Shown here in pieces: positions 18,384 to 28,891 of a stretch of DNA of 55,825 nucleotides. This stretch comes from Polaromonas sp. (GTDB lineage: Bacteria; Pseudomonadota; Gammaproteobacteria; Burkholderiales; Burkholderiaceae_C): contig JANNCO010000044.1 in assembly GCA_031386655.1 (NCBI GenBank), forward strand, positions 1 through 55,825, written 5' to 3'. The notes below the pieces were generated by a model. The model did no database searches, was not told where the DNA came from, and saw only the letters and a list, made by a program, of their open reading frames with translations. The position numbers and the translations under genes were made by a program. The first letter of the stretch is position 1. Every line of letters starts with the position of its first letter.

Positions 18384-20654
18384 TTAATGTGCGACCACGG
18401 GTGCTTGGGGTGGTGCGCCGTTGCGGCGACCCAGCTTGCGTTCGCCCACCACCCATTGAATCAGCGCTGTGGCGCAGCTCATTAAAATAATCAGCACTGT
18501 GCAATACGCCAACGCTACACCGTAGTCACCATTGCCCACTCGACCAATGATGTAGGTGGTAGCCAGCTCGTTTTCAGCGGTGACTAAAAAAATCACCGCG
18601 CTCACCGTAGTGATCGCGCGTACAAAGCTGTACACCAAGGCGGCCACCAGTGCGGGTTTGAGCAATGGCAGCACTACATAGCGCAAGGTTTGCACTGAAC
18701 TGGCGCGCAGCATCATCGACGCCTCGTCCAGCGATTTGTCCAGCTGCTTGAACGCTGCAGTGCCCGCACGCACGCCCACCGGCAAGTTGCGGAACATAAA
18801 GCACAGCACAATCACCAGCGCCGTGCCCGTCAGCTCGATAGGTGGCACATTAAAGGCCAAGATGTAGCTGACCCCCAGCACGGTTCCGGGGATGGCAAAA
18901 GCCAGCAGCGCTGCAAATTCAAACGCACTTTGGCCTTTAAATTCTGTGCGCGCCAGCAGGTAAGCAATCATCAACCCCACGGTGGCCGTCATGGGCGCAG
19001 AGATGGCGGCCAACTTAAGCGTGGTCCACAGCGAGTTCCACGCAGTGCCTGCCCACACCAGGCCAAACTGCCCCATCTCCAAGCCAAACGCATTTTTAAA
19101 ATGCGATAGCGTCAAGCTGTAGTCGCGCCCCCAAGTTTGCACAAAGCCGCCTGCAAAGGCAAACAAATACACCACTACCGTGAACGCCATCCAAGGCAAT
19201 GCCGTGCTGTACACCATGCGTTTGATGGCGGGTGGCAATGGCATGGCAATACCCGAGTCGCCTTTGCCACTGACGGTAGTGAAGTTTTGCTTACCCAGCA
19301 ATTTATTTTGAATGACAAATACTGCCAGTGCAAAGCCGGTCAATATCCACGCCAGCGACGCTGCGCGGCCTTGGTCATACTGCGCCCCTACGATGGCAAA
19401 AAATATCTCTGTGGACAGCACACTGAATTGGCCACCGACCACAATTGGGTTGCCAAAATCGGCCATACTTTCGATAAAACCTACCAAAAACGCATTGCCC
19501 AAGCCGGGCTTGAGCAGCGGCAGCGTGATCGTCATAAACGTGCGGTGCGGGTCGGCTCGCAGGGTTTGCGCTGCCTCTTCCAAGCTGGGTGATATGCCCT
19601 GCACTACGCCACGCACGATCATAAAAGCAATCGGCGTGAATGCAAAAGTTTGCGCTACCCACACACCAAACCAGCCGTAAAACCAGCGCGTGGGTTCGAT
19701 GCCAAAGGCCCATTCTAAAAACTGGTTGGCCACGCCTGCACGGCCAAACAGCAAGATCAAACCCAAACCCACAACAAACGGTGGCGTGATGATCGGCAGC
19801 ATGGCCAGCACATTGAGCGGCTTAGCGTAACGCTTGTTGGCGCGCTCAGCCATCAGCGCCATCAGGGTGCCCAGCACCACAGTAGATGTTGCCGTCATCA
19901 AACCTAGGAATAAAGTGTTCCACGCCACACCACAGCGCTGGCCACTCACCACACAGCTGAGGCCAAAATTACGCTCACTGGCAATGCGGCTCCACATGGC
20001 CCAAGGGGCAAAGGTGCTGGTGCCATCGTCTGTTTGCGTAAAAAACGCAGCGCTCAGTGTTTTGAGCACCGGGAACATAATGAATAACGCCAGCAGGGCT
20101 GCACAGCCCAACACGGCAGCGGCAATAAACAAATCGCCTTTAAAAAATCCACGCCGTGCAGTGCCAAACGCAGTTAGCACTACCAACGACACCAGTACCA
20201 CCACGGCACCCCAGCCGATGCCAAATTGATTGGCCGCTAGGTCGCCGAAGCTGGCATTCATCCATGCAAAAGACCAGCCTTTGGCACCAATAGCAAACGC
20301 TGTTCCTAGTAAACCAAGTAATCCTACCAAGCCCCCCGTCATGAGCACAATGCCTTGGCGTTTGGTAGGCAGCATCCAGGCACCCACACCTGCTAGCAGC
20401 AGCCCCAGCATGCCCAACCACAACCAAGGCCTGCCATACGCGCCAGCCTGCATGACGCCATTGCCAGTCTCAGCGCTACTGAACACACTGGGAATTTGCA
20501 ACAACCCGTTGCTGTCTTGAATGGCGTACCAAGGCAGTACCAAATAGGCCAGCAGCCCAATAGCAAGCCATATTACGATCACACGATTAGGCTGCGCGCG
20601 CGAGTCTGTTATTTGAGAGTTCATAGTGGCGCTAGATATAAATATGCAAGCCAA
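18384..20654 (-). CDS. ABC transporter permease, fused double-domain (FbpB/AfuB type)
   Basis: 756-aa polytopic protein with two tandem binding-protein-dependent permease domains. The ORF-track start is a TTG; an alternative ATG lies at 20624. Confidence 0.88.
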   Translation of the reverse strand: MACIFISSATMNSQITDSRAQPNRVIVIWLAIGLLAYLVLPWYAIQDSNGLLQIPSVFSSAETGNGVMQAGAYGRPWLWLGMLGLLLAGVGAWMLPTKRQGIVLMTGGLVGLLGLLGTAFAIGAKGWSFAWMNASFGDLAANQFGIGWGAVVVLVSLVVLTAFGTARRGFFKGDLFIAAAVLGCAALLALFIMFPVLKTLSAAFFTQTDDGTSTFAPWAMWSRIASERNFGLSCVVSGQRCGVAWNTLFLGLMTATSTVVLGTLMALMAERANKRYAKPLNVLAMLPIITPPFVVGLGLILLFGRAGVANQFLEWAFGIEPTRWFYGWFGVWVAQTFAFTPIAFMIVRGVVQGISPSLEEAAQTLRADPHRTFMTITLPLLKPGLGNAFLVGFIESMADFGNPIVVGGQFSVLSTEIFFAIVGAQYDQGRAASLAWILTGFALAVFVIQNKLLGKQNFTTVSGKGDSGIAMPLPPAIKRMVYSTALPWMAFTVVVYLFAFAGGFVQTWGRDYSLTLSHFKNAFGLEMGQFGLVWAGTAWNSLWTTLKLAAISAPMTATVGLMIAYLLARTEFKGQSAFEFAALLAFAIPGTVLGVSYILAFNVPPIELTGTALVIVLCFMFRNLPVGVRAGTAAFKQLDKSLDEASMMLRASSVQTLRYVVLPLLKPALVAALVYSFVRAITTVSAVIFLVTAENELATTYIIGRVGNGDYGVALAYCTVLIILMSCATALIQWVVGERKLGRRNGAPPQAPVVAH

Positions 20655-20745
20655 TTAGCTTGAATCCCAAAGCAACAACGGCTTAGTTATTTCCACTGTT
20701 GTACGTTATGCACGTTAGCGCGGCAGCGCGCCTGATGTATTGCGC

Positions 20746-21756
20746 TTAACGCGGCAGAGAATTCACGTCTTTTTCCCACTTGGCAATCAAGCGGCGACGC
20801 TCAGCAGATGAGCCGTATTTGGCGTAGTCGTAGTTAATAAACTTGATCTTTTTAAAATCAGGAATGCGCGGATCATTTTTCGCGTTTTTGTTAGACGGCA
20901 ATTGAAACTGCTTGGCCGCTGCCGCCATCTCTTGCGCAGCAGGTGTGAGCGCCCATTCATAGAATTTTTTGGCGGCCTCAACATTGCGAGAGCCTTTGAT
21001 AATGCTCATCGACCCGATCTCAGCACCCGTGCCATCGGCTGGCGTGATGGTCTCGACCGGAAAACCTTGCAACTTCTCGCCAGGGCCGTCATGCACAAAG
21101 CTGATGGACACCGTTGTTTCGCCGCGTGCTGCCGCTTTGATGGGGCCCGTACCGCTGCGGGTATATTGACTGACGTTTTTATGCAATTGCTTCATGTACT
21201 CAAAAGCTTTGTCTTCCCCCATTAATTGCACGAGCGTAGCCACCATCGTGTACGCGGTGCCACTGGACGCAGGGTTGGCCACTTGAATCTCGCCTTTCAA
21301 ACTAGGGTTGAGCAAATCTGCCCAGGTTTTAGGTACTGCCAATTTTTTCTTGGCAATTAGCTCTGAGTTATAGCCAAAACCCAGCGGCCCAGAATAAATA
21401 CCAACAGTTTTGTAGCCTGATTGTTTGGCTTGGTCTTGGGCCCAAGGGTACAGCTGCGCCATAGCAGGTGACTTGTACTCCAAACTCAGGTTTTGCTCTG
21501 CCGCTTGCAAATGCGGGTCGCCCGTGCCGCCAAACCAAATGTCAGTTTTAGGATTGTCTTTTTCTGCAATCAGTTGCGCCAGTGCCTCGCCTGAACCTTT
21601 CATGGACATATTGATTTTGGTTCCTGTGGTTTTGGCATACACCGTACCTATCATGTTGCACCACTCTGCCTGCACAGAACAAATGACGTTCACCGTTTGA
21701 GCTTGCGCAAGCCCAGCGGCAACCACTAACAACGATAGCGCGAATAGTTTTTTCAT
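20746..21756 (-). CDS. Periplasmic substrate-binding protein (FbpA/AfuA family)
   Basis: 336 aa with signal peptide MKKLFALSLLVVAAGLAQA. Type-II SBP of the Fe3+/Afu class by size and context. Confidence 0.8.
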   Translation of the reverse strand: MKKLFALSLLVVAAGLAQAQTVNVICSVQAEWCNMIGTVYAKTTGTKINMSMKGSGEALAQLIAEKDNPKTDIWFGGTGDPHLQAAEQNLSLEYKSPAMAQLYPWAQDQAKQSGYKTVGIYSGPLGFGYNSELIAKKKLAVPKTWADLLNPSLKGEIQVANPASSGTAYTMVATLVQLMGEDKAFEYMKQLHKNVSQYTRSGTGPIKAAARGETTVSISFVHDGPGEKLQGFPVETITPADGTGAEIGSMSIIKGSRNVEAAKKFYEWALTPAAQEMAAAAKQFQLPSNKNAKNDPRIPDFKKIKFINYDYAKYGSSAERRRLIAKWEKDVNSLPR

Positions 21757-21948
21757 ATAAATTGAAGATTTAAAATGTTAAGGCTTATGGAACTTAATTA
21801 CATAATATTAAAATATACCTGTTTTTAAATCTTGACTAGCACAGGGTATTTACCAGCAAAATAGGGCTTGGAATAGATTTTGATTTAGTTTGATCATCAC
21901 CCAAAGTTACGGAATTGAGTTACATTACCCTAATAAAATGACGATCTT

Positions 21949-23406
21949 ATGAGCTTTAACCTTGTTTTATTTGGTGGTACTGGCGATCTGAGCTGGCGCA
22001 AGCTAATGCCCGCTTTGTTCCAGGCCTTTCGCCACGGCACGTTGCCTGAGGACGGCCGCATATTGGGCGTTGCACGCGATGCCATGACTGACGTGCAATA
22101 CCGCGAATTGATACGCTCTCGCTTCGATAAAGTCGAGCTTGCCAAGCGACCCACTGCAGAAGAATTTGACCGTTTTGCAGCTATGCTTTTTTATCAGCGT
22201 ATGGATTTGTCCAAGCCCGAAGACTATGCTGCCCTCGGCTCGCGTTTAACAGAGCGTCCGGCTGATACCACAGTCATGTATCTGGCGACTTCGCCCAATT
22301 TGTTTACGACGGTGTGTGAGCAACTAGGCCAAGCGGGCTTGAACACTGCGCAAACCCGCGTGGTGCTTGAAAAACCACTTGGCCAAGACTTAGCCAGCAA
22401 CCGGCTGATCAACCGCACCGTGTTGCAGCACTTTACCGAGCAGCAAGTCTTTCGGATTGACCATTACCTTGGCAAACCTTCGGTACAAAACCTGATGGCT
22501 TTGCGTTTTGGCAATGCGTTGTTTGAACCGGTGTGGCGGCGTGAGCATATTGCCAACATTCAAATCACCATGGCGGAAGACTTGGGCGTTGAAAAACGTG
22601 GCGGCTATTACGACGGCATTGGCGCACTGCGCGACATGGTACAAAACCATGCGCTGCAATTGCTGTGCGCCATTGGCATGGAACCACCCATAAACGCGCA
22701 TGCGGACGCGATTCGCGACGAAAAACTCAAAGTGCTGCGTTCGCTGGCACGCTGGACACCGCAAACTTTGCAGCAGCATACTGTGCGTGGCCAATACACC
22801 GCAGGTAATATCGCAGGCGTAGCCGTACCGGGCTATTTGAACGAGCCAGGCGTTAACCCACAAAGTCAAACAGAAACTTTTGTTGCGCTGCGCGCTGAGA
22901 TTGCCAACTGGCGCTGGGCAGGTGTGCCGTTTTATATCCGCACAGGCAAACGCTTGGCTGGGCGCGAGGCACACATCGTAGTGAATTTTCGCCAGACGCC
23001 GCATGCTATTTTCAACACGCCGGCTGGATTGGCTAACAAGCTGGTAATTCATCTGCAACCCAAAGACGGCCTGGAGCTGCACTTGATGGCGCAAGGCCAA
23101 GCCAACCGACGCGACAGCACCACGCTTAGCAGCGCACAGCTTGATTTGGATTTTGACAAACGCTTTGGCACTGAGCGTGTGGGCGCCTATGAACGCTTGC
23201 TCTTAGATGTGATTGATGGTCGCTTGAATTTATTTGTGCGCAGCGACGAGCAAGAAGAAGCCTGGCGTTGGGTAGAACCCGTACTGGACTACTGGAAGAG
23301 CGGCGCAATGCCCCCGCGTGGCTACGCTGCTGGCACTTGGGGGCCCAGCGCTGCCAGCGCCATGATTGCACGCGATGGCTACTCTTGGGAAGAAGAAACC
23401 AGATAA
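21949..23406 (+). CDS. zwf: Glucose-6-phosphate 1-dehydrogenase
   Basis: FGGTGDLSWRKL nucleotide-binding motif and the RIDHYLGK active-site motif; 485 aa. Confidence 0.95.
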   Translation: MSFNLVLFGGTGDLSWRKLMPALFQAFRHGTLPEDGRILGVARDAMTDVQYRELIRSRFDKVELAKRPTAEEFDRFAAMLFYQRMDLSKPEDYAALGSRLTERPADTTVMYLATSPNLFTTVCEQLGQAGLNTAQTRVVLEKPLGQDLASNRLINRTVLQHFTEQQVFRIDHYLGKPSVQNLMALRFGNALFEPVWRREHIANIQITMAEDLGVEKRGGYYDGIGALRDMVQNHALQLLCAIGMEPPINAHADAIRDEKLKVLRSLARWTPQTLQQHTVRGQYTAGNIAGVAVPGYLNEPGVNPQSQTETFVALRAEIANWRWAGVPFYIRTGKRLAGREAHIVVNFRQTPHAIFNTPAGLANKLVIHLQPKDGLELHLMAQGQANRRDSTTLSSAQLDLDFDKRFGTERVGAYERLLLDVIDGRLNLFVRSDEQEEAWRWVEPVLDYWKSGAMPPRGYAAGTWGPSAASAMIARDGYSWEEETR

Positions 23407-23419
23407 TTGAAAGTAATCC

Positions 23420-24268
23420 ATGTTAGACCGCATCAAAGCCTCCTTAAGCTCGCTGGCACCTGCGGAGCAGCGCGTAGGCAAACTGGTGCTAGCCGACCCT
23501 CGCGCGTTTGCCAATTTACCAGTCAGCGAGCTGTCTGACCGCGCCCATGTGAGCAAGCCGACGGTAGTGCGTTTTTGCCGCAGCATGGGCTACGACGGCT
23601 TAAGTGATTTCAAACTCAAGCTGGCCGGCAGCGTGAGCGAGGGCGTACCGTTTATCCACCGCAGTGTGGACGTAGACGACAAAGTGGGCGACATCATGGT
23701 CAAAGTGATTGACAACACGGTGGCCGCTTTTTTGAAGTACCGCAACGATGCCAGTACCTTTGCCATTGAGCGCGCTGCCCTAGCCTTGACCGACACCTAC
23801 AACAAGCGCGGCCGTATTGAATTTTTTGGTGTGGGCAATTCTGGCATCGTGGCACAAGACGCGCAGCATAAGTTTTTTCGTCTGGGGGTCACGTCTATTG
23901 CCTACAGCGACGGCCATATGCAGGTGATGAGCGCATCCACCGTAGGCCCCGGCGACTGCGTGGTAGTCATCAGTAACTCAGGCCGCACGCGTGATTTGAT
24001 GGACGCCTGCGACATCGCGCGCAAAAACGGCGCTACCACCATCGTGCTGACTGCTAGCGGTTCGCCACTGGCCAGTGCAGGCAACATCCATTTAAGCGCC
24101 GACCACCCTGAGGGCTATGACCGCTATAGCCCCATGGTGTCACGCCTGCTGCATTTGCTGATCATCGACATTTTGGCTACCACAGTGGCACTGCGTATTG
24201 GTGGTGTGAAGTTGCAGCCCATGCTCAAAGAAATGAAAAATAATCTGCGTAACAAACGCTATGCGTAA
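23420..24268 (+). CDS. hexR: MurR/RpiR-family regulator (HexR-like)
   Basis: HTH_6 domain (ELSDRAHVSKPTVVRFCRSMGYDG) plus a SIS domain (FFGVGNSG). Lies immediately downstream of zwf, as is typical for hexR. Confidence 0.8.
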   Translation: MLDRIKASLSSLAPAEQRVGKLVLADPRAFANLPVSELSDRAHVSKPTVVRFCRSMGYDGLSDFKLKLAGSVSEGVPFIHRSVDVDDKVGDIMVKVIDNTVAAFLKYRNDASTFAIERAALALTDTYNKRGRIEFFGVGNSGIVAQDAQHKFFRLGVTSIAYSDGHMQVMSASTVGPGDCVVVISNSGRTRDLMDACDIARKNGATTIVLTASGSPLASAGNIHLSADHPEGYDRYSPMVSRLLHLLIIDILATTVALRIGGVKLQPMLKEMKNNLRNKRYA

Positions 24269-24275
24269 ATGAAGC

Positions 24276-24291
24276 GTTTAGATGACTAAAC
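24276..24291 (+). terminator. Small stem-loop GTTTAG-ATGA-CTAAAC followed by TTGTT
   Basis: 6-bp stem located 8 nt after the hexR stop, between convergent genes. Weak. Confidence 0.3.
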
Positions 24292-24327
24292 TTGTTAATA
24301 ATTTGACAGGCAATATCTATGTGTAGC

Positions 24328-25344
24328 TTATGCTGTTTGTCGCAATAACAATATTGGTTTAGCCAAATAAAGTTGACGCTCCGCGTTTGGATTTCGAATT
24401 CGGTGCAACAAAACCTGTGCGCATTTTTCTCCCAGCTCGCTTGGCCGAACATCCACTGTACTCAATTTTGGATAGGAATGGGCTGAGTCCAGTACATTGT
24501 CAAACCCAATCAGTGCAAAATCTACTCCCGCACGTAGTCCGCGTTCGCTTAATGCTGAAAGGGCACCAAATGCTACGATGTCGTTATAGCACACAGCTGC
24601 AGTAACACCTGTTTTCTGACTTAGCAGTTTACTCATAGTTTCGTAACCACCTTGTCGATTGGGTTTAGCGGGTAGCACCCAATCGGTATTTAATGCCACA
24701 GACTTTTTAGCCAAAGCGATTTTGTAACCTGCTAGCCTCTGGCTTTGCACAACACCATTTTGACCGCCCAAGAATGCGATTTTGGTGTGCCCTGCCTCAA
24801 GTAAATGTGTCGTGGCCAATGAAACACCATACTTATTATCCGAGCCTGCAAAGTCGTATGTTCCTGGCCCCAAGTTGCGTACAAAAACAGTTAATGGAAT
24901 GCCCCAAGACTCTATATTTTTAAGCAGTGCGCGCGGCGTGTCGAGTGCAGGGCACAACATAACGCCTGCAGCATTCTGCTCGCGCATAGACATTAAAACC
25001 TTCGTTTGTGTTTCAACACTCTCGTTAGTGTGCGCCATCAAAACCACATAGCCTGCTTCGACGAGCTTGCGTTCAATACCGACCAGAATTTCAGCGAAAA
25101 ATGGGTTCATAAGGTCATTGATGATGACCCCTATGGCGTTCGATGCGTTACCCCTCAGCTCACCCGCACGGCGGTTGTACACATAACCCAGCTTGATTGC
25201 AGCAACGCGAACCCGTTCGGCAGTATCTCCCTTGATTAAAGGGCTTCCTTTAATAACCAAAGAAACCGTAGATTTAGAAACCCCCGCTTCTGCGGCGACT
25301 TCCACGATCGTAATTGTGCGCGGGGGAGTTGGGTTGTCATTCAT
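24328..25344 (-). CDS. LacI-family transcriptional regulator
   Basis: N-terminal HTH TIVEVAAEAGVSKSTVSLVIKG and a periplasmic-binding-protein-like sugar-binding core; 338 aa. Confidence 0.9.
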   Translation of the reverse strand: MNDNPTPPRTITIVEVAAEAGVSKSTVSLVIKGSPLIKGDTAERVRVAAIKLGYVYNRRAGELRGNASNAIGVIINDLMNPFFAEILVGIERKLVEAGYVVLMAHTNESVETQTKVLMSMREQNAAGVMLCPALDTPRALLKNIESWGIPLTVFVRNLGPGTYDFAGSDNKYGVSLATTHLLEAGHTKIAFLGGQNGVVQSQRLAGYKIALAKKSVALNTDWVLPAKPNRQGGYETMSKLLSQKTGVTAAVCYNDIVAFGALSALSERGLRAGVDFALIGFDNVLDSAHSYPKLSTVDVRPSELGEKCAQVLLHRIRNPNAERQLYLAKPILLLRQTA

Positions 25345-25382
25345 AGTGGTTAGGTGTTTTCCCTAGATTTTTAAAAAAGCAA

Positions 25383-25411
25383 TTGACTAAAAGTTGGAAC
25401 GTTCCAATAAT
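25383..25411 (+). promoter_or_regulatory. Candidate sigma70 promoter TTGACT-17 bp-AATAAT for the catabolic array
   Basis: -35 element at 25383-25388 and -10 element at 25406-25411, with 40 nt to the ATG at 25451. The operator lies in the spacer and overlaps the -10. Confidence 0.5.
25394..25407. promoter_or_regulatory. LacI-type operator, perfect 14-bp palindrome TTGGAACGTTCCAA
   Basis: Exact self-complementarity with a central CG, fitting the TGnAAnCGnTTnCA family pattern. Lies in the divergent lacI/gfo spacer. An extra half-site CGTTCCAA is at 25421-25428. Confidence 0.8.
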
Positions 25412-25450
25412 CTATTACATCGTTCCAAACAGTCTAATCTAAATATATAA

Positions 25451-26473
<1,023 letters not shown>

Positions 26474-26484
26474 CGGAGTTCAGA

Positions 26485-28083
26485 GTGAAAATCAAGATTA
26501 TGACTGCAGCTCAAGCTGTTAAGTTAATTAAAAATAACGATATTGTCAGCATAAGCTCAAGCAGTGGTTTGGGTTGTCCGGACAAGGTGCTGCAAGCCTT
26601 GGGCGAACGATTCGATACTGAAGGTTTACCGACGAATCTCACAACGCTCAATCCCATCGCTGCAGGGGACATGTATGGCATCAAAGGCATAGATCATATT
26701 GCCAAGCCGGGTCTTCTCAGCCGAGTGCTGGCAGGTTCTTATCCAAGCGGGCCGTCATCCTTGCCAATGCCTGCCATCTGGCGGATGGTGGTGGACAACA
26801 AAATCGAGGCATACAACGTACCAAGTGGAATATTGTTTGACATGCACCGTGACGCCGCAGCAAAGCGGCCAGGAGTGCTTACAAAAATTGGCTTGGGAAC
26901 ATTTGTCGATCCGGCCTTCCAGGGTTGCGCAATGAACGAAGCAGCGGCAGCAAAGCCCATTGTGCGCAAAGAAAATTTTGATGGGCAGGAATGGTTATAT
27001 TTCCCGGCAATTGCGCCCCATGTGGCTATCATCCGCGCGACGACAGCCGATGAGAACGGTAATTTAACCTATGAACATGAAGGGGCGTTGCTAGGTGGTT
27101 TAGACCAAGCGCTGGCGGCCCGCAACAATGGTGGCATTGTCATCGCACAAGTCAAGCGCGTTGTTAAAGCGGGCAGCCTTCGTCCGCACAATGTGCGGAT
27201 ACCCTGCAATTTGGTGGACATTATTGTGGTGGACCCAGACCAGTGGCAAACAACCCAAACGCCATACGATCCCGCCATCAGTGGCGAAATAGCGCAACCA
27301 TTGCATTCTTTTGAAACTCAGTCATTTAGTCCCGAAAAAGTCATTGCGCGAAGAGCAGCTATGGAGTTATCCCAAGACTCAGCAGTAAACCTAGGGTTTG
27401 GCATATCAGCCAACGTGCCACGTATTTTGTTAGAAGAAGGTTTGCATGGGCAAGTTACTTGGACTATAGAGCAAGGCGCTGTTGGTGGGATGCCAATGCT
27501 CGGTTTTGCATTTGGCTGTTCGTCCAATGCGGATGCCATCATGGCTTCGCCAAATCAGTTCACCTATTTTCAGGGTGCTGGATTTGACACCACCTTGCTG
27601 TCATTTTTGCAAGTCGATGAAAACGGTAGCGTCAATGTATCCAAGCTAGGAGCCAAACCGTATCTCACTGCTGGTTGCGGAGGTTTTGTAGATATATCAG
27701 CCCAAGCGCGTCACATAGTATTTTCTGGCTTTTTCACAGCAGGCGCTCACCTTCAGGTTGGCGACGGGAAGCTGACTATTGTTAAAGAGGGAAAAACACG
27801 GAAGTTTGTTAAAAATTCCGAGCACATCACCTTCAGTGGCGTGCTCGGCCGACTGCGTGGGCAAAAAGTGACTTATGTGACTGAGCGTTGTGTAATTGAC
27901 CTCGAACAGGATGCATTAGTAGTACGTGAAATTGCGCCTGGCATTGATTTGCAGCGCGATGTGCTGGACCAAGCAGACATCTTGCTGCGTGTCAGCCCCC
28001 AGCTGCGTCTGATGGATGCAGCGCTTTACTGCGACAAGCCTTTTGGGTTAACACTTCAAACTCAGAAAGTGCGCAATGGCTGA
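26485..28083 (+). CDS. Family I CoA-transferase (acyl-CoA:acetate/3-ketoacid CoA-transferase, YdiF-like fused form)
   Basis: 532 aa with two halves carrying ADENGN and VDENGS (ENG catalytic-Glu type motifs). GTG start. Confidence 0.75.
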   Translation: MKIKIMTAAQAVKLIKNNDIVSISSSSGLGCPDKVLQALGERFDTEGLPTNLTTLNPIAAGDMYGIKGIDHIAKPGLLSRVLAGSYPSGPSSLPMPAIWRMVVDNKIEAYNVPSGILFDMHRDAAAKRPGVLTKIGLGTFVDPAFQGCAMNEAAAAKPIVRKENFDGQEWLYFPAIAPHVAIIRATTADENGNLTYEHEGALLGGLDQALAARNNGGIVIAQVKRVVKAGSLRPHNVRIPCNLVDIIVVDPDQWQTTQTPYDPAISGEIAQPLHSFETQSFSPEKVIARRAAMELSQDSAVNLGFGISANVPRILLEEGLHGQVTWTIEQGAVGGMPMLGFAFGCSSNADAIMASPNQFTYFQGAGFDTTLLSFLQVDENGSVNVSKLGAKPYLTAGCGGFVDISAQARHIVFSGFFTAGAHLQVGDGKLTIVKEGKTRKFVKNSEHITFSGVLGRLRGQKVTYVTERCVIDLEQDALVVREIAPGIDLQRDVLDQADILLRVSPQLRLMDAALYCDKPFGLTLQTQKVRNG

Positions 28084-28855
28084 AAAATTAGTTGAATTGA
28101 CTTGTGATGGAGAGATAGCGACAGTGACCTTGAACCGTCCTGCTAAGCTCAATAGCCTTACATACGCGATGCTCGACCAGCTAGAAGACTGCGCCCGCGT
28201 GCTGGAGGCAGATACTCATGTGCGGGTCGTGATCTTGACGGGATCTGGTAGCAAAGCATTCTGCGTAGGAGCTGATATTCACGAATGGGCCTCGTTCGAG
28301 CCGTTGGATATGTGGCGTCGTTGGGTGCGCCGTGGCCACCAAGTATTTGACCAATGGGCGCGGCTACGCCAACCCGTCATCAGTGCTATCAACGGACATG
28401 CATTTGGGGGTGGCCTTGAGCTGGCTATTGTGGGTGATGTACGCATTACGTCTGGTGAAGCACAGTTTGCTCTGCCAGAAGCATCCATCGGTACCTGCCC
28501 TGGCTGGTCGGGCACGCAAAGGTTGGTGCGCTTGATTGGAGCTAGCCACGCAAAGTATTTGGCACTAAGTGGACAACGATTTCAGGCTGATGATGCTTTG
28601 AGAGCTGGCTTGGTGCACGAAGTTCTCAAGCCCGACAACTTGCATTGCAGAGCGTGCGACTTAGCTCAAGAAATAGCCAGAAAGGCTCCAGTCTCAATGC
28701 AACTTACCAAGCAGTTAATAAATGCAGCGGCAGGCGAAGATACGGATGCCACCTTGGAGGCTATGGCTGGAGCATTAGCTGCTACTACTCAAGATGCAGC
28801 AGAGGGTATCAACAGTTTTCGTGAAAAACGTACCCCTCATTACCAAGGCCGTTAA
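28076..28855 (+). CDS. Enoyl-CoA hydratase/isomerase (crotonase) family protein
   Basis: FCVGADIHEW and GHAFGGGLELAIVGD oxyanion-hole motifs. 8-nt overlap with the CoA-transferase gene. Confidence 0.9.
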   Translation: MAEKLVELTCDGEIATVTLNRPAKLNSLTYAMLDQLEDCARVLEADTHVRVVILTGSGSKAFCVGADIHEWASFEPLDMWRRWVRRGHQVFDQWARLRQPVISAINGHAFGGGLELAIVGDVRITSGEAQFALPEASIGTCPGWSGTQRLVRLIGASHAKYLALSGQRFQADDALRAGLVHEVLKPDNLHCRACDLAQEIARKAPVSMQLTKQLINAAAGEDTDATLEAMAGALAATTQDAAEGINSFREKRTPHYQGR

Positions 28856-28891
28856 CTAGCGGACTCTACCTAAGTTTTAACAAATACCATC

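Noticed and set aside
21757-21948. HexR operator or Fur box in the divergent spacer between the Afu-like SBP gene and zwf.
   Set aside because: I found only weak, AT-rich pseudo-palindromes (TTAAT-N7-ATTAA) and a direct GTTAC-N8-GTTAC repeat. Nothing matched the TTGT-N7/8-ACAA or Fur consensus well enough to call.
26541-26575. ATAAGCTCAAGCAGTGGTTTGGGTTG in the CoA-transferase gene, which resembles the dispersed repeat (CAAGCAG...TTGGGTT).
   Set aside because: Only two 7-mers match, the left module and palindrome are absent, and the encoded ISSSSGLG fits the normal N-terminal glycine-rich motif of the enzyme family. Judged coincidental.
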